Shown here one piece after another: positions 52,702-62,332 of a stretch of DNA of 64,000 nucleotides. The notes beneath the pieces were generated by a model. It did no database searches. It was given only the letters and a program-made list of their open reading frames with translations, and was not told where the DNA came from. Where the stretch lies: positions 877 through 64,876 of the forward strand of contig JAHDBV010000008.1 of assembly GCA_020630195.1 (NCBI GenBank), read 5' to 3'. The stretch comes from Acidimicrobiales bacterium. GTDB taxonomy: Bacteria > Actinomycetota > Acidimicrobiia > Acidimicrobiales > SZUA-35. Position 1 is the stretch's first letter. Each line of letters starts with the position of its first letter. A program made the position numbers and the translations under genes.

Positions 52702-54207
52702 TCAGGCGTCGGCCCAGTACGGGTCGCGCAGCAACCGCTTCTTCAGTTTCCCGTGGGCCTCGCGGGGCAGGGTGTCGGTCACCTCGAAGGTGGCCGGCAC
52801 CTTGTACTTCGCCAGGCGTTCCGTCGCGAACGCCCGCACCGACGCGACGTCCACGGTGTGGCCGTCGGGGGCTTCGATCACGGCCATGATCGACTGCCCC
52901 CACTCGGGATCGGGGATGCCGAACACGGCGACGTCGGCCACATCGGGATGCTCGATGAGCGTCGCCTCGATCTCGGCCGGATAGACGTTCGAGCCGCCGG
53001 TGATGATGAGGTCGACCCGTCGATCGGCGAGGTAGAGGAATCCGTCCGCGTCGAGCCAGCCCAGGTCGCCCACCGTGAAGCGCCCGTCGGCCAGCTGGAT
53101 CGACGCCGTCTTCTCGGGGTCGCCGTGGTACTCCGGTGGGCCGTCGGTTCGCTTGCAGTAGATCGTGCCGACCTCGCCCGGCGGAAGGTCGTTCCCGTCG
53201 TCGTCGACGATCGAGTACTCGACCCGGGCCGAGGCCCTCCCGACCGTGCCGGGGTGGGACAGCCACTCCTCGCTCGAGCACAACGCCGGGCCCGTGCCCT
53301 CCGACGAGCCGTACATCTCGTAGATCACGGGCCCGAACCATTCGATCATCGCCCGCTTCGCCCACGCCGGGCACGGGGCGGCGGTGTGGAGCACCCACCG
53401 CAGCGACGACACATCGGCGGCGGCCTTCTCCTCGTCCGAGAGCTTCAGCAGCCGGATGAACTGCGTCGGCACCATCGGCGTGGCGGTGATGCGGTGCTCC
53501 GCGATGGTGTCGAGCACGCCGACCGGATCGAACCGTTCCATGAGCACGACGGGCAGCCCTCGGGACATCGACGACATGAAGACCGCGACGCCGAGTGCGT
53601 GGTAGAGCGGCGTCGAGATCAGCGTCGGCCCCTCGGTCGGCTTCGAGACGAGATCACCCCAGCCTCCCCACACCCGGGGCCAGGCCGAGACCACCGCCGA
53701 CTGGTCGGAACGGGTGACCCCCTTCGATCGCCCGGTCGTGCCGCCGGTGAACAGCATCGGCGACCCCGAGGGCCGGTCGTCGAGCGGGGCGTCGTCGTGC
53801 CCGGCCAACCAGTCCTCGTACACATCACCGACCTCGACGATCCGTTCGACCCCGGCGAGTGCCGCCGCCTCGGCGGCCAGATCGACCAGGCCGGGGCCGA
53901 CGACGATGAGCCGCGTGCCCGAGTCGGTCAGCAACGCCGCCAGCTCGGTGGCCGTCAGGTGCCAGTTGAGCGGGACGAGGCGGGTGCCGCTGCGGGCCAT
54001 GGCCAGACCCCACTCGGCCCACTCGGTGCGGTTGTGGGACAACACCGCCCAGACGGCGCCGGCACCGAGATCGGCGTCGAGCGCACGGGCCAGACGCCGG
54101 CTGCGGGCCTCGACCTCGTCCCACGAGCGGGTGGCTTCGCCGAGGCGGACGGCCACGGCCGATCGGTCGGCGGCGTCGGCGAGGTGCAACGGTGCGGCAT
54201 CGGTCAT
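52702..54207 (-). CDS. acyl-CoA synthetase (AMP-binding family)
   Basis: 501-aa ORF. Shows LFTGGTTGRSKGV, YGSSEGTG, ...GGSNVYPAEIE...KYKVPATFE...HGKLKKR. Confidence 0.85.
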   Translation of the reverse strand: MTDAAPLHLADAADRSAVAVRLGEATRSWDEVEARSRRLARALDADLGAGAVWAVLSHNRTEWAEWGLAMARSGTRLVPLNWHLTATELAALLTDSGTRLIVVGPGLVDLAAEAAALAGVERIVEVGDVYEDWLAGHDDAPLDDRPSGSPMLFTGGTTGRSKGVTRSDQSAVVSAWPRVWGGWGDLVSKPTEGPTLISTPLYHALGVAVFMSSMSRGLPVVLMERFDPVGVLDTIAEHRITATPMVPTQFIRLLKLSDEEKAAADVSSLRWVLHTAAPCPAWAKRAMIEWFGPVIYEMYGSSEGTGPALCSSEEWLSHPGTVGRASARVEYSIVDDDGNDLPPGEVGTIYCKRTDGPPEYHGDPEKTASIQLADGRFTVGDLGWLDADGFLYLADRRVDLIITGGSNVYPAEIEATLIEHPDVADVAVFGIPDPEWGQSIMAVIEAPDGHTVDVASVRAFATERLAKYKVPATFEVTDTLPREAHGKLKKRLLRDPYWADA

Positions 54208-54330
54208 CGGGCCATCCTTCCCCTCGGTCGGGGTCGGCGTCCATCGCGTCGGAACCGTCCGGTGATTGCCCCGGCCGAGGCCCCGCCTCTACGTTCGTCG
54301 TCACCAGCACGCAGCGTCGGGGGACCAGCG

Positions 54331-56139
54331 ATGAGCCAGCACGAGACCGTGATCAAGGGCGGCACGATCGTCGACGGGACCGGTGCGGTCGCCCGGACCG
54401 GTGACGTCGGCATCGACGGCGGGGTCATCACCGCCGTCGGCGGCGACCTGACCGGCGATCGTGTGATCGACGCCGACGGTGCACTCGTCGCCCCCGGCTG
54501 GGTCGACGTGCACACCCACTACGACGGCCAGGTCACCTGGGACGACGAGCTCGACCCGTCGTTCTCGAACGGCGTCACCACGATGGTGATGGGCAACTGC
54601 GGCGTCGGGTTCGCCCCGTGTCCGCCGGGGGAACAGGAGACGCTCATCGAGCTGATGGAGGGTGTCGAGGACATCCCCGGCGTGGCGCTCCACGAAGGTG
54701 TGCCGTGGGGTGCGTGGACGACGTTCCCCGAGTACCTCGACCATCTCGACCAACGGCACTACGCCCTCGACGTCGCCGCACAGATCGCCCACGGCCCGCT
54801 CCGGTTCCACGTCATGGGGGAGCGGGGTGCGAACAACGCCGATGCCACGGCCGAGGACCTCGCCGAGATGCAGCGTCTCGTCGCCGAGGCCACGGCGGCC
54901 GGCGCCGTCGGCTTCTCGACGTCCCGCACGATCTTCCACACCTCGATCGACGGCACCGCCGTCCCCGGGACCTACGCCACACCCGAGGAGCTCACGGCGC
55001 TCGTGCAGGGCATGGCCGACGGTGGCGGCGGCGTGTTCGAGGCGATCACCTCCAGCTCGATCGGCGACCTCGAGGCGTTCGGTGGCGAGCGGTTCTCGCA
55101 GGACCACGAGATGGAGCTGTTGGCGGCCATCTCCCGCTCCACCGGACAGAAGGTGACCTTCACCACCGTCCAGAACCGCGACCGCCCCGACGACTGGCGC
55201 GAGGTCCTCGACTTCGTGACGAGTGAGGCGGCCTCGGGTGCGCAGCTGTTCCCGCAGGTGGCCAGTCGGCCGATCGGTCTGCTGTCGAGCCTCGCCGGCT
55301 ACCACGCCTTCATGCGTCGGGCCGCCTACCTCGAGATCGCCCACCTCCCGGTCGCCGAACGGGCCGCCCGCATGCGGGACCCGGAGATGAAGGCCCGCAT
55401 CCTGTCGGATGTCGACGTGCCACCGGAACACGCGGGTTCGATGGAGGCGCTCTACGAGGCCTTCCTCGCCCGGCTGCCCAACATGTTCCTCATCGAGGGC
55501 GACGTCGACTACGAACCGGGGCCGGAGCGGTCCTTCGCCGCCCGGGCCGAGGCCCGGGGCATCTCCACGCTCGAGGCGGCGTACGACTACCTGTGCGACG
55601 GCGACGGCACGAACGTCGCCTCGATGTTCGGCGCCGGCTACGTCGAACGGAACCACGACGCGCTGCACGAGATGCTCGCCCACCCCTCCACCATCACCGG
55701 GCTCGGTGATGCGGGGGCGCACGTGAAGCTGATCTGCGACGGGTCGGCGCCCACCACCCAGCTCACCCACTGGACCCGCGATCGATCCCGCGGGCCGCAG
55801 TTGCCGCTCGAGTTCATCATCGAGAAGCAGACCCGACGGAACGCCCGGCTCTACGGGTTCACCGACCGCGGCACCATCGAGGTCGGCATGCGGGCCGACG
55901 TGAACGTGATCGACCACGCCAACCTCGCCGTCCGGGCACCCGTGGCCCACGAGGACCTGCCCGCCGGCGGGATGCGCTTCCTGCAGCCCGTGTCGGGGTA
56001 CCTCGCGACCTTCGTGAACGGCGTGCAGACCCGCTCGGACGACACCGACACCGGTGCACGCCCCGGGCGTCTCGCCCGCAACCAGCACGGCCTCGCCCGC
56101 AACCAGCAGAGCCGACTCGCTCGCAACCGACACGCGTGA
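54331..56139 (+). CDS. N-acyl-D-amino-acid deacylase (D-aminoacylase) family amidohydrolase
   Basis: ATG at 54331 in frame with ORF 52753..56139. Shows IKGGTIVDGTG...GWVDVHTHYD (HxH)...MGNCGVGFAP...GLGDAGAH. The 526 upstream codons are antisense junk. Confidence 0.85.
   Translation: MSQHETVIKGGTIVDGTGAVARTGDVGIDGGVITAVGGDLTGDRVIDADGALVAPGWVDVHTHYDGQVTWDDELDPSFSNGVTTMVMGNCGVGFAPCPPGEQETLIELMEGVEDIPGVALHEGVPWGAWTTFPEYLDHLDQRHYALDVAAQIAHGPLRFHVMGERGANNADATAEDLAEMQRLVAEATAAGAVGFSTSRTIFHTSIDGTAVPGTYATPEELTALVQGMADGGGGVFEAITSSSIGDLEAFGGERFSQDHEMELLAAISRSTGQKVTFTTVQNRDRPDDWREVLDFVTSEAASGAQLFPQVASRPIGLLSSLAGYHAFMRRAAYLEIAHLPVAERAARMRDPEMKARILSDVDVPPEHAGSMEALYEAFLARLPNMFLIEGDVDYEPGPERSFAARAEARGISTLEAAYDYLCDGDGTNVASMFGAGYVERNHDALHEMLAHPSTITGLGDAGAHVKLICDGSAPTTQLTHWTRDRSRGPQLPLEFIIEKQTRRNARLYGFTDRGTIEVGMRADVNVIDHANLAVRAPVAHEDLPAGGMRFLQPVSGYLATFVNGVQTRSDDTDTGARPGRLARNQHGLARNQQSRLARNRHA
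56071..56133 (+). repeat. 21-nt tandem repeat in the last codons of the D-aminoacylase gene
   Basis: CTCGCCCGCAACCAGCA occurs at 56071 and 56092, with a degenerate third copy (CTCGCTCGCAACCGACA) at 56116. The copies encode LARNQH / LARNQQ / LARNRH just before the GTGA junction with the next gene. Confidence 0.6.
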
Positions 56140-57737
56140 CCTCCTTCGACGCCGTCATCCGCAACGGCCTCGTGGTCGACGGCACCGGCGCGCCGGCGCG
56201 GTCGGTCGACGTCGGCATCGTCGGCGACCGGATCACCGCACTCGACGACCTGTCGGACGCGCCGACCGCCGCGGTCGACATCGACGCCGCGGGGAAGGTC
56301 GTGGCCCCGGGGTTCATCGACATCCACACCCACTCCGACCTGTCGCATCTCGTCGACCCGCGGGCCGAGAGCCAGATCCGCCAGGGCGTCACCACCGAGG
56401 CGATCGGTCAGTGCGGGATCAGCCTCGCTCCCTGCACCCCCGAGCACCGCACGGCGCTGTTCCGCTCCACCGGCTCCCGCCCGACCGGACACTGGCACAC
56501 CTACGCGGAACTGCTCGACGAGATGGACGAGGCGCGGATCGCCACGAACGTCGTCGGCATGGTCGGGCACGGCGCGTTGCGGACCGCCGTGATGGGCCCC
56601 GACGCACCCCGCCCGGCCGAGCAACACGAGATCGACGAGATGTGCGGCCTGCTCGCCGACTCGCTCGAGGCCGGCGCCCACGGCTTCACGACGGGCCTCG
56701 AGTACCACCCGGGCAAGAACGCCGCGTTCGACGAGCTCGCCGCGCTGTGTCGGGTGACGGCCGACGCCGACGCGCTCTACGCCACCCACTCCCGCAACCG
56801 CGACACGCGCTACTTCGTCGGGTTCGGTGAAGCCCTCGACGTGGCCCGGGACTCGGGTGTCCGGCTCCAGATCTCCCACATCAACCCGAAGTACGGCCGC
56901 CCCGACGACGCACTCACCAACACCCTCCAGATGGTCGAGTGGACTCGGGCCGAGGGCATCGATGTCGCGATGGACATGATGCCGACCAACTGGAACCACA
57001 CGGCCGCCACCTCGATGTTCCCGGCCTGGGCGTTCTCGTTGTCGACCGAGGAGCTCCTCGACCTGGTGCGGTCACCGGCCGGTCGGGCCCGGCTGCGGCA
57101 CAATCCGCTGCCGATGTGGCGCCTCGTCGCCGAGGAGCGGTGGGATCGGGTCCGGCTGCTCGCCTGCTCGGCGAATCGGGAGCTCGTCGGTCGGACCATC
57201 GCGGAGCTCACCACCGAGCGGGGCGCCGACGACGGGTGGGAGACGCTGTTCGAGTTGTTGTCCGACGAGGGTGAACGACTGAAGGGCCTGCTGATCACGA
57301 GCAACGCCTTCGCCGAGGAGGACAATCGGCTCGCGCTCGAGCACCCGCTGTGTGCGGTCGAATCGGACACGATGGCGCTCGCCACCGACGGCCCGCTCGC
57401 CGGCCGGATGATGAGCCTCCTCGGCTACAACTGGGTGCCCCGGTTCCTGGGCCACTACGTGCGCGACGAAGCGGTGCTCACGCTGGAGGACGGGGTGCGA
57501 CGCCTCACCGGCCTGCCCGCCGAACGACTCGGCCTCGACGACCGGGGCACGCTGGCCCCGGGGAGCGCGGCGGACGTCGTCGTGTTCGACCTCGACGGGC
57601 TCACCGACATGTCGAGCTTCGAGAACCCGACCGTGTACGCACGCGGGATCGACCAGGTGCTGGTGAACGGCGCACTCGTGTTCGCCGACGGCGACCGCAC
57701 CGGTGGCCACGGCGGTCGGGTGCTCCGGGCCGGCTGA
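56136..57737 (+). CDS. N-acyl-D-amino-acid deacylase (D-aminoacylase) family amidohydrolase, second paralogue
   Basis: 533-aa ORF. GTG at 56136 overlaps the upstream stop. Shows IRNGLVVDGTG...GFIDIHTHSD (HxH)...GQCGISLAP... Confidence 0.85.
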   Translation: MTSFDAVIRNGLVVDGTGAPARSVDVGIVGDRITALDDLSDAPTAAVDIDAAGKVVAPGFIDIHTHSDLSHLVDPRAESQIRQGVTTEAIGQCGISLAPCTPEHRTALFRSTGSRPTGHWHTYAELLDEMDEARIATNVVGMVGHGALRTAVMGPDAPRPAEQHEIDEMCGLLADSLEAGAHGFTTGLEYHPGKNAAFDELAALCRVTADADALYATHSRNRDTRYFVGFGEALDVARDSGVRLQISHINPKYGRPDDALTNTLQMVEWTRAEGIDVAMDMMPTNWNHTAATSMFPAWAFSLSTEELLDLVRSPAGRARLRHNPLPMWRLVAEERWDRVRLLACSANRELVGRTIAELTTERGADDGWETLFELLSDEGERLKGLLITSNAFAEEDNRLALEHPLCAVESDTMALATDGPLAGRMMSLLGYNWVPRFLGHYVRDEAVLTLEDGVRRLTGLPAERLGLDDRGTLAPGSAADVVVFDLDGLTDMSSFENPTVYARGIDQVLVNGALVFADGDRTGGHGGRVLRAG

Positions 57738-57740
57738 ACC

Positions 57741-58691
57741 TCAGCCGAGGCCGCAGGCCTCGAACGCCTCCCGGGTCGCCGCTTTCTCGGCGTCGGTCAG
57801 TTCGAGAAACGGTGCCCGCACCCGACCACCGACCTGGCCGAGCAGCTCCTGCCAGTACTTCTGGTGGGCATGGGGCTTCTCGGGTGGGCGGGTGCCCTTC
57901 CAGGCCCGACGAACCGGCTCGAGGCTCGCGCTGATCGCCCGGGCTTCGTCGACCCGTCCGGCGAAGGCGGCCTCGGTGTAGTCGTGCATCCGGCGATCGG
58001 TGGCCGTCTGCAGCATGAAGGGCGGCGACGAACACAGATAGAGCCGCCAGCCGAGCTCGACGATGTTGTCGAGCCACTCGTCCTCTGACGCCGTGCTCAC
58101 CTGGATCCGGTCGGATGCGAGATGGTGGAGCTCGGTGTACATGGGGCGGGGCACCGAGTACTTGATCGCCACGACGTTCTCGATGTCGGCCAAGCGATTG
58201 CACAGCTCGGGCGACATCAGATAGCCGCTGTCCGGGTGGCTCCACAGCGCCACACCGATGTCGACCGCGTCGGCCACGGTGCGGTAGTAGCGCAGCAGGG
58301 TCTCGTCCTGTGCGGAGGTGAAGTGCAGCGCCGGGGCGTGCACCACGATGGAGTCGGCGCCGACGTCCTGGGCATGGCGGGCGAGGTCGAGCACCACGTC
58401 GAGGTTTTGATCCGAACACGACATGATCGTGCTGGCCCGGTCGCCCGTCGCCTCGACCGCCAGTTCGAAGGTGCGCTTGCGCTCCTCGACCGTCATCGAG
58501 AAGCACTCACCCTGCTTCCCGGAGATGAACAGGCCCCGGATGCCGAGGTCGTCGACCCAGTGCCGGACGTTCTCGGTGAAGCCCTCTTCGTCGAGACGCA
58601 GCCGGTCGTCGAAGGGCATCAGAGCGGCGGCCCAGATCCCCGTCATGTACTCGCGGGCGTGCGCCTTCGCCTTGTGGCGTGCGTGGGTCAT
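57741..58691 (-). CDS. dihydrodipicolinate synthase (DapA) / N-acetylneuraminate lyase family class I aldolase-type enzyme
   Basis: The ATG at 58691 is preceded by GGAG and lies in ORF 57741..58775. Shows the family pattern ...GLFISGKQGECFSMTVEER...VVAIKYS (Schiff-base Lys region). Confidence 0.85.
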   Translation of the reverse strand: MTHARHKAKAHAREYMTGIWAAALMPFDDRLRLDEEGFTENVRHWVDDLGIRGLFISGKQGECFSMTVEERKRTFELAVEATGDRASTIMSCSDQNLDVVLDLARHAQDVGADSIVVHAPALHFTSAQDETLLRYYRTVADAVDIGVALWSHPDSGYLMSPELCNRLADIENVVAIKYSVPRPMYTELHHLASDRIQVSTASEDEWLDNIVELGWRLYLCSSPPFMLQTATDRRMHDYTEAAFAGRVDEARAISASLEPVRRAWKGTRPPEKPHAHQKYWQELLGQVGGRVRAPFLELTDAEKAATREAFEACGLG

Positions 58692-58701
58692 CCTCGGCTC
58701 C

Positions 58702-60138
58702 TCAGACGATCTGGATGCTGTGGGACACGTTCTTGACGACCGTGTAGTGGGCGAGGCCCTCGGCACCGCCCTCACGGCCGTAGCCGCTCGACTTCACGCC
58801 GCCGAACGGGGTCTCGGGCAGCGACGCCTCGAGGGTGTTGATCGAGAGGTTCCCGGCCTCGACGCCGTCGACCATGCGGTCGACGTAGTCGGCCCGGTTC
58901 GTGAAGCCGTAGGCGGCGAGCCCGTAGGGCACCCCGTTGGCCTTCTCGATGGCCTCGTCGAGGGAGGCGACCGGGTTGACGATGGCGAGGGGCCCGAAGG
59001 GCTCGGTCTGCATGACCGCGGCCGTGTCGGGGACCTCGGCGAGCACGGTGGGTTCGAAGAAGTACCCGGGACGGTCGATGCGGTTGCCGCCGGTCACGAC
59101 GGCGGCGCCGGCCGAGCGGGCGTCGGCGACGAGGTGCTCCATGGCGGCGATGCGTCGGTCGTTGGCGAGCGGCCCCATCTCGACGCCGGGCTCGGTCCCG
59201 TCGCCGACCACCGTCTCGGCGGCCCGAGCGGTGAACACCTGGAGGAACCGCTCGTAGATCGACTCGTGCACGAAGAAGCGGGTGGGGGAGGTGCAGACCT
59301 GGCCGGCGTTGCGCATCTTGCGGATGGCCGAGCTCACCGCGGCGGCCTCGACGTCGGTGTCCTCGCAGACGATCACCGGGGCGTGGCCACCGAGCTCCAT
59401 GAGCACGGGCGTCATGTGCTCCGACGCCATGCCGGTGAGGTGGCGGCCGACGTTCGTGGAACCCGTGAACGCCACGAGGTTGATGCGGTCGTCGGGGATC
59501 AGGTGGGCCGAGATGTCGGACGGGACACCCGACACGAGGTTCAACACCCCGGGCGGCAGGCCGACGTCGACGAAGGCCTGCACGATGTGGCGGGCGCCGG
59601 CCGGGGTCTCCTCGGCCGCCTTCAGGATGATCGAGCATCCCGAGGCGAGGGCACCGGCCACCTTGCGGGCCGGTTGGCTCATGGGGAAGTTCCACGGCGA
59701 GAACGCGGCGACGGGGCCGATCGGCTGGTGGTGCACCACGTAGGACACCCCCGGGGCGGACGGGATCACCCGGCCGTAGGTGCGGACCGCTTCACCGGCG
59801 TCCCACTCGAAGAACTCACAACCCCGGATCACCTCGAGCTCCGCCTGACGGAGCGGCTTGCCGTGCTCGGCGGTGATGTCGGCGGCGATCTCGTCGCGGC
59901 GGTCCCGCAGCAGGGCGGCGGCGTCACGGATCAGGTCGGCACGATCACGCGGCGAGGTCCGACGCCAGACGGCGAACCCGTCGGTCGCCGCCGCCAGTGC
60001 GTCGTCGAGATCGTCGGCCGTGGCCACGGGTACCCGGCCGATCTCGGCCTCCGTGGCCGGGTTCACGACGGGCAGTGTCTCGGCGGTGGTGCGCCACTCG
60101 CCGGCGATGTGGAGCGCGAGGTCGGGATAGTCGTGCAT
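58702..60138 (-). CDS. NAD(P)-dependent aldehyde dehydrogenase (semialdehyde dehydrogenase type)
   Basis: ATG at 60138 in ORF 58702..60528. Shows FSPWNFP, FTGSTNVG, ELGGHAP, NAGQVCTSPTR (catalytic Cys) and EPFGP. Confidence 0.9.
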   Translation of the reverse strand: MHDYPDLALHIAGEWRTTAETLPVVNPATEAEIGRVPVATADDLDDALAAATDGFAVWRRTSPRDRADLIRDAAALLRDRRDEIAADITAEHGKPLRQAELEVIRGCEFFEWDAGEAVRTYGRVIPSAPGVSYVVHHQPIGPVAAFSPWNFPMSQPARKVAGALASGCSIILKAAEETPAGARHIVQAFVDVGLPPGVLNLVSGVPSDISAHLIPDDRINLVAFTGSTNVGRHLTGMASEHMTPVLMELGGHAPVIVCEDTDVEAAAVSSAIRKMRNAGQVCTSPTRFFVHESIYERFLQVFTARAAETVVGDGTEPGVEMGPLANDRRIAAMEHLVADARSAGAAVVTGGNRIDRPGYFFEPTVLAEVPDTAAVMQTEPFGPLAIVNPVASLDEAIEKANGVPYGLAAYGFTNRADYVDRMVDGVEAGNLSINTLEASLPETPFGGVKSSGYGREGGAEGLAHYTVVKNVSHSIQIV

Positions 60139-60983
60139 CAGAATCGTGTCCGGATCGACCACAGGTCGGGGAAGGCGGGCTGGAAGAGGGTGGTGGCGAG
60201 GTAGCTGGCGCCGTCGGAGCCGCCGGTGCCGGGCTTCGTGCCGATCGTGCGGCGCACCATCATCACGTGTCGGTAGCGCCACTCCTGGAGGCCCTCGTCG
60301 AGATCGGTGAGCGTCTCGCAGAGGTTGGCGAACGCCTCGTCGGCGTAGTGCTCGACGATCGCGTCCTGGAGGCCGGGGTGTTCCGCGATCGGCTCGCGCA
60401 CGTCTCGTTCGAGGACCTCGGCGGGCACCGCGACGCCCTGGCGGGACCAGTGGCGGACCACGGCGTCCCACAGCGTCGGGGCCTCGTGGCGGGCGGTGAT
60501 GCGGGTGGCCTGGGCGTCGTCGAACCACTCGGCCAGCACCCGGTTCTTGATGCCGAGGAGTGATTCGAGCTCCCGGAACTGGACCGACTGGAACCCCGAC
60601 GCGTTCGCGAGGAACGAGCGGAAGCTCGCGAACTCGGCCGGGGTCATCGTCTCGAGCACGTCGATCTGGCCGACGACCGTCTTCAGGATCTTCAGCACCC
60701 GCTTCAGATGGTGGCGGGCCGCCGCCACCTCGTCGCGGTCGAGCAGGGCCACGGTGTGGTCGAGCTCGTGCAGGATCTGCTTGAACCAGAGTTCGTAGAC
60801 CTGGTGGATGATGATGAACAGCGTCTCGTCGTGTTCGGGCAGGCCGGTGTCCGGGTCGACCGAGCGGTGCTTCTGGAGCGACAGCAGGGCGTCGATCTCG
60901 AGGTAGGAGCCATACGTCATGCCGTCGGCGGCGTCGCGGGGCACGGCGGCGGCCGGCGTGGGGTCGGTCGGGTCGGTCGTCAT
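60138..60983 (-). CDS. kynA: tryptophan 2,3-dioxygenase
   Basis: ATG at 60983 in ORF 60138..61382. Shows YGSYLEIDALLSLQ...HDETLFIIIHQVYELWFKQILHEL...SGFQSVQFRELE...RYRHVMMVRRTIG...GTGGS. The stop shares one nt with the ALDH start. Confidence 0.9.
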   Translation of the reverse strand: MTTDPTDPTPAAAVPRDAADGMTYGSYLEIDALLSLQKHRSVDPDTGLPEHDETLFIIIHQVYELWFKQILHELDHTVALLDRDEVAAARHHLKRVLKILKTVVGQIDVLETMTPAEFASFRSFLANASGFQSVQFRELESLLGIKNRVLAEWFDDAQATRITARHEAPTLWDAVVRHWSRQGVAVPAEVLERDVREPIAEHPGLQDAIVEHYADEAFANLCETLTDLDEGLQEWRYRHVMMVRRTIGTKPGTGGSDGASYLATTLFQPAFPDLWSIRTRF

Positions 60984-62332
60984 GAGATCGAGAGGGCCTC
61001 GGGGTCGGCGAGCGGGTCGAGGGCGGGCAGGGGCGGCAACGCCCGGACGGCGGTGTCGATGTCGAAGGTCGGATCGGCGAGCGACGTGGTGATGAGCTCG
61101 GCCTGTCGACGGGCCCGTTCGAGGGCGTCGGCGTACGGCATGGTCGAGAACATGACCATGTTGTAACGAGGGCTGAGATGGCCGGGATGACGACGTTCGA
61201 GCTCGAGCGCCAGCGCCCGCTTGGCGAGATGATCGGGGTCGATCACCCCGCTGCGCATCTCCAGGTAGTTGCCGAGGGCCATCTCGGCGATGGCGTCGGC
61301 GTCGGGCTTGCGTTCGGTCTCGTAGGCGGCGAACGCCGCGGCCGGATCGTCGGGCCGGGTGGCGAGGTGGCGGTCGAGACACCGGACCGATTCGAGGGCC
61401 GCGTTCATGCCCTGCCCGTGGAAGGGCACGATCGCGTGGGCGGCGTCGCCGACGAGCACGGCCCGGCCGTCGTGGTGCCAGCCGTCGGCCCGGAGGGTGC
61501 CGAGCCGTCCGGTCGGGTTCTCGCCGAACTCGGCGACGAGGTCGGGCACGAACGGGACGAATTCGGCGAAGTGCTCGTCGAAGAACCGGGCGACGGCGGT
61601 GGGGTCGGCGTCGAGGTGTTCGAAGGTGGTCGACGGTGCGAACAGGGTCACCGTGAAGTCGCCCTCGGGGTTGGCGAGCGCGATGAGCATGAACTCACCC
61701 CGGGGCCAGATGTGGAGCGCGTTCGGGTCGAGCTGGTGGGTGCCGTCCACTCCGGGCGGCAGCGTGAGTTCCTTGTAGTCGTGATCGAGCCAGTCGGTGG
61801 TGAACGAACACGAGCCGGCGTCGCCCATCGAGCGGCGCACCCGGGAGCCCGCACCGTCGGCGCCGACGACGATGTCGAACGGTTCGGTCCGGCCGTCGGT
61901 GAAGTGCAGGGTCGAGGTGTCGAGATCGACCCGGTCGAGCCGGACCTCGAACTGGATGTCGACCCGTCCGGTGGCCTCGGCGGCGTCGAGCAGGATCGCG
62001 TTGAGGTCGGTCCTCGACACCGAATGGATGACTTCGTGTGGCCGGCTGCCGTAGGCCTGGAGGTCGGGCGTCGGGTCACCGACGGCATGCACCATCCGGC
62101 CCCGCATGGGGATCGTGATCGCGTCGACGGCGTCGATCACCCCGGCATCGACGAGCGGCACGATGCCCCGGGTCGCGAGGGCGAGGTTGATGGACCGACC
62201 CGCGTCGATGTCGACCCGACGCAGGTCCGGGCGGCTCTCGAACACGGTGACGTCGTGGCCGCGGCGGGCGAGGAGGAGTGCGAGCAGCGCCCCGGCCTGG
62301 CCGGCGCCGATGATCGTGATCCGCGGGCTCAT
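60980..62332 (-). CDS. kmo: kynurenine 3-monooxygenase (FAD-dependent)
   Basis: 450-aa ORF. Shows ITIIGAGQAGALLA, ...GADGAGSRVR..., ...LVGDAAHAIVPFHGQGMN.... ATGA overlap with kynA. Confidence 0.9.
   Translation of the reverse strand: MSPRITIIGAGQAGALLALLLARRGHDVTVFESRPDLRRVDIDAGRSINLALATRGIVPLVDAGVIDAVDAITIPMRGRMVHAVGDPTPDLQAYGSRPHEVIHSVSRTDLNAILLDAAEATGRVDIQFEVRLDRVDLDTSTLHFTDGRTEPFDIVVGADGAGSRVRRSMGDAGSCSFTTDWLDHDYKELTLPPGVDGTHQLDPNALHIWPRGEFMLIALANPEGDFTVTLFAPSTTFEHLDADPTAVARFFDEHFAEFVPFVPDLVAEFGENPTGRLGTLRADGWHHDGRAVLVGDAAHAIVPFHGQGMNAALESVRCLDRHLATRPDDPAAAFAAYETERKPDADAIAEMALGNYLEMRSGVIDPDHLAKRALALELERRHPGHLSPRYNMVMFSTMPYADALERARRQAELITTSLADPTFDIDTAVRALPPLPALDPLADPEALSIS

Noticed and set aside
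54331-57737. Idea that the D-aminoacylase paralogues supply the missing kynurenine formamidase
   Set aside because: They lie on the opposite strand, converging on the kynurenine operon. They belong to a different family from the known formamidases (cyclase-type KynB or alpha/beta-hydrolase type). Nothing in the sequence supports the link, so I kept it only as a cheap assay suggestion.
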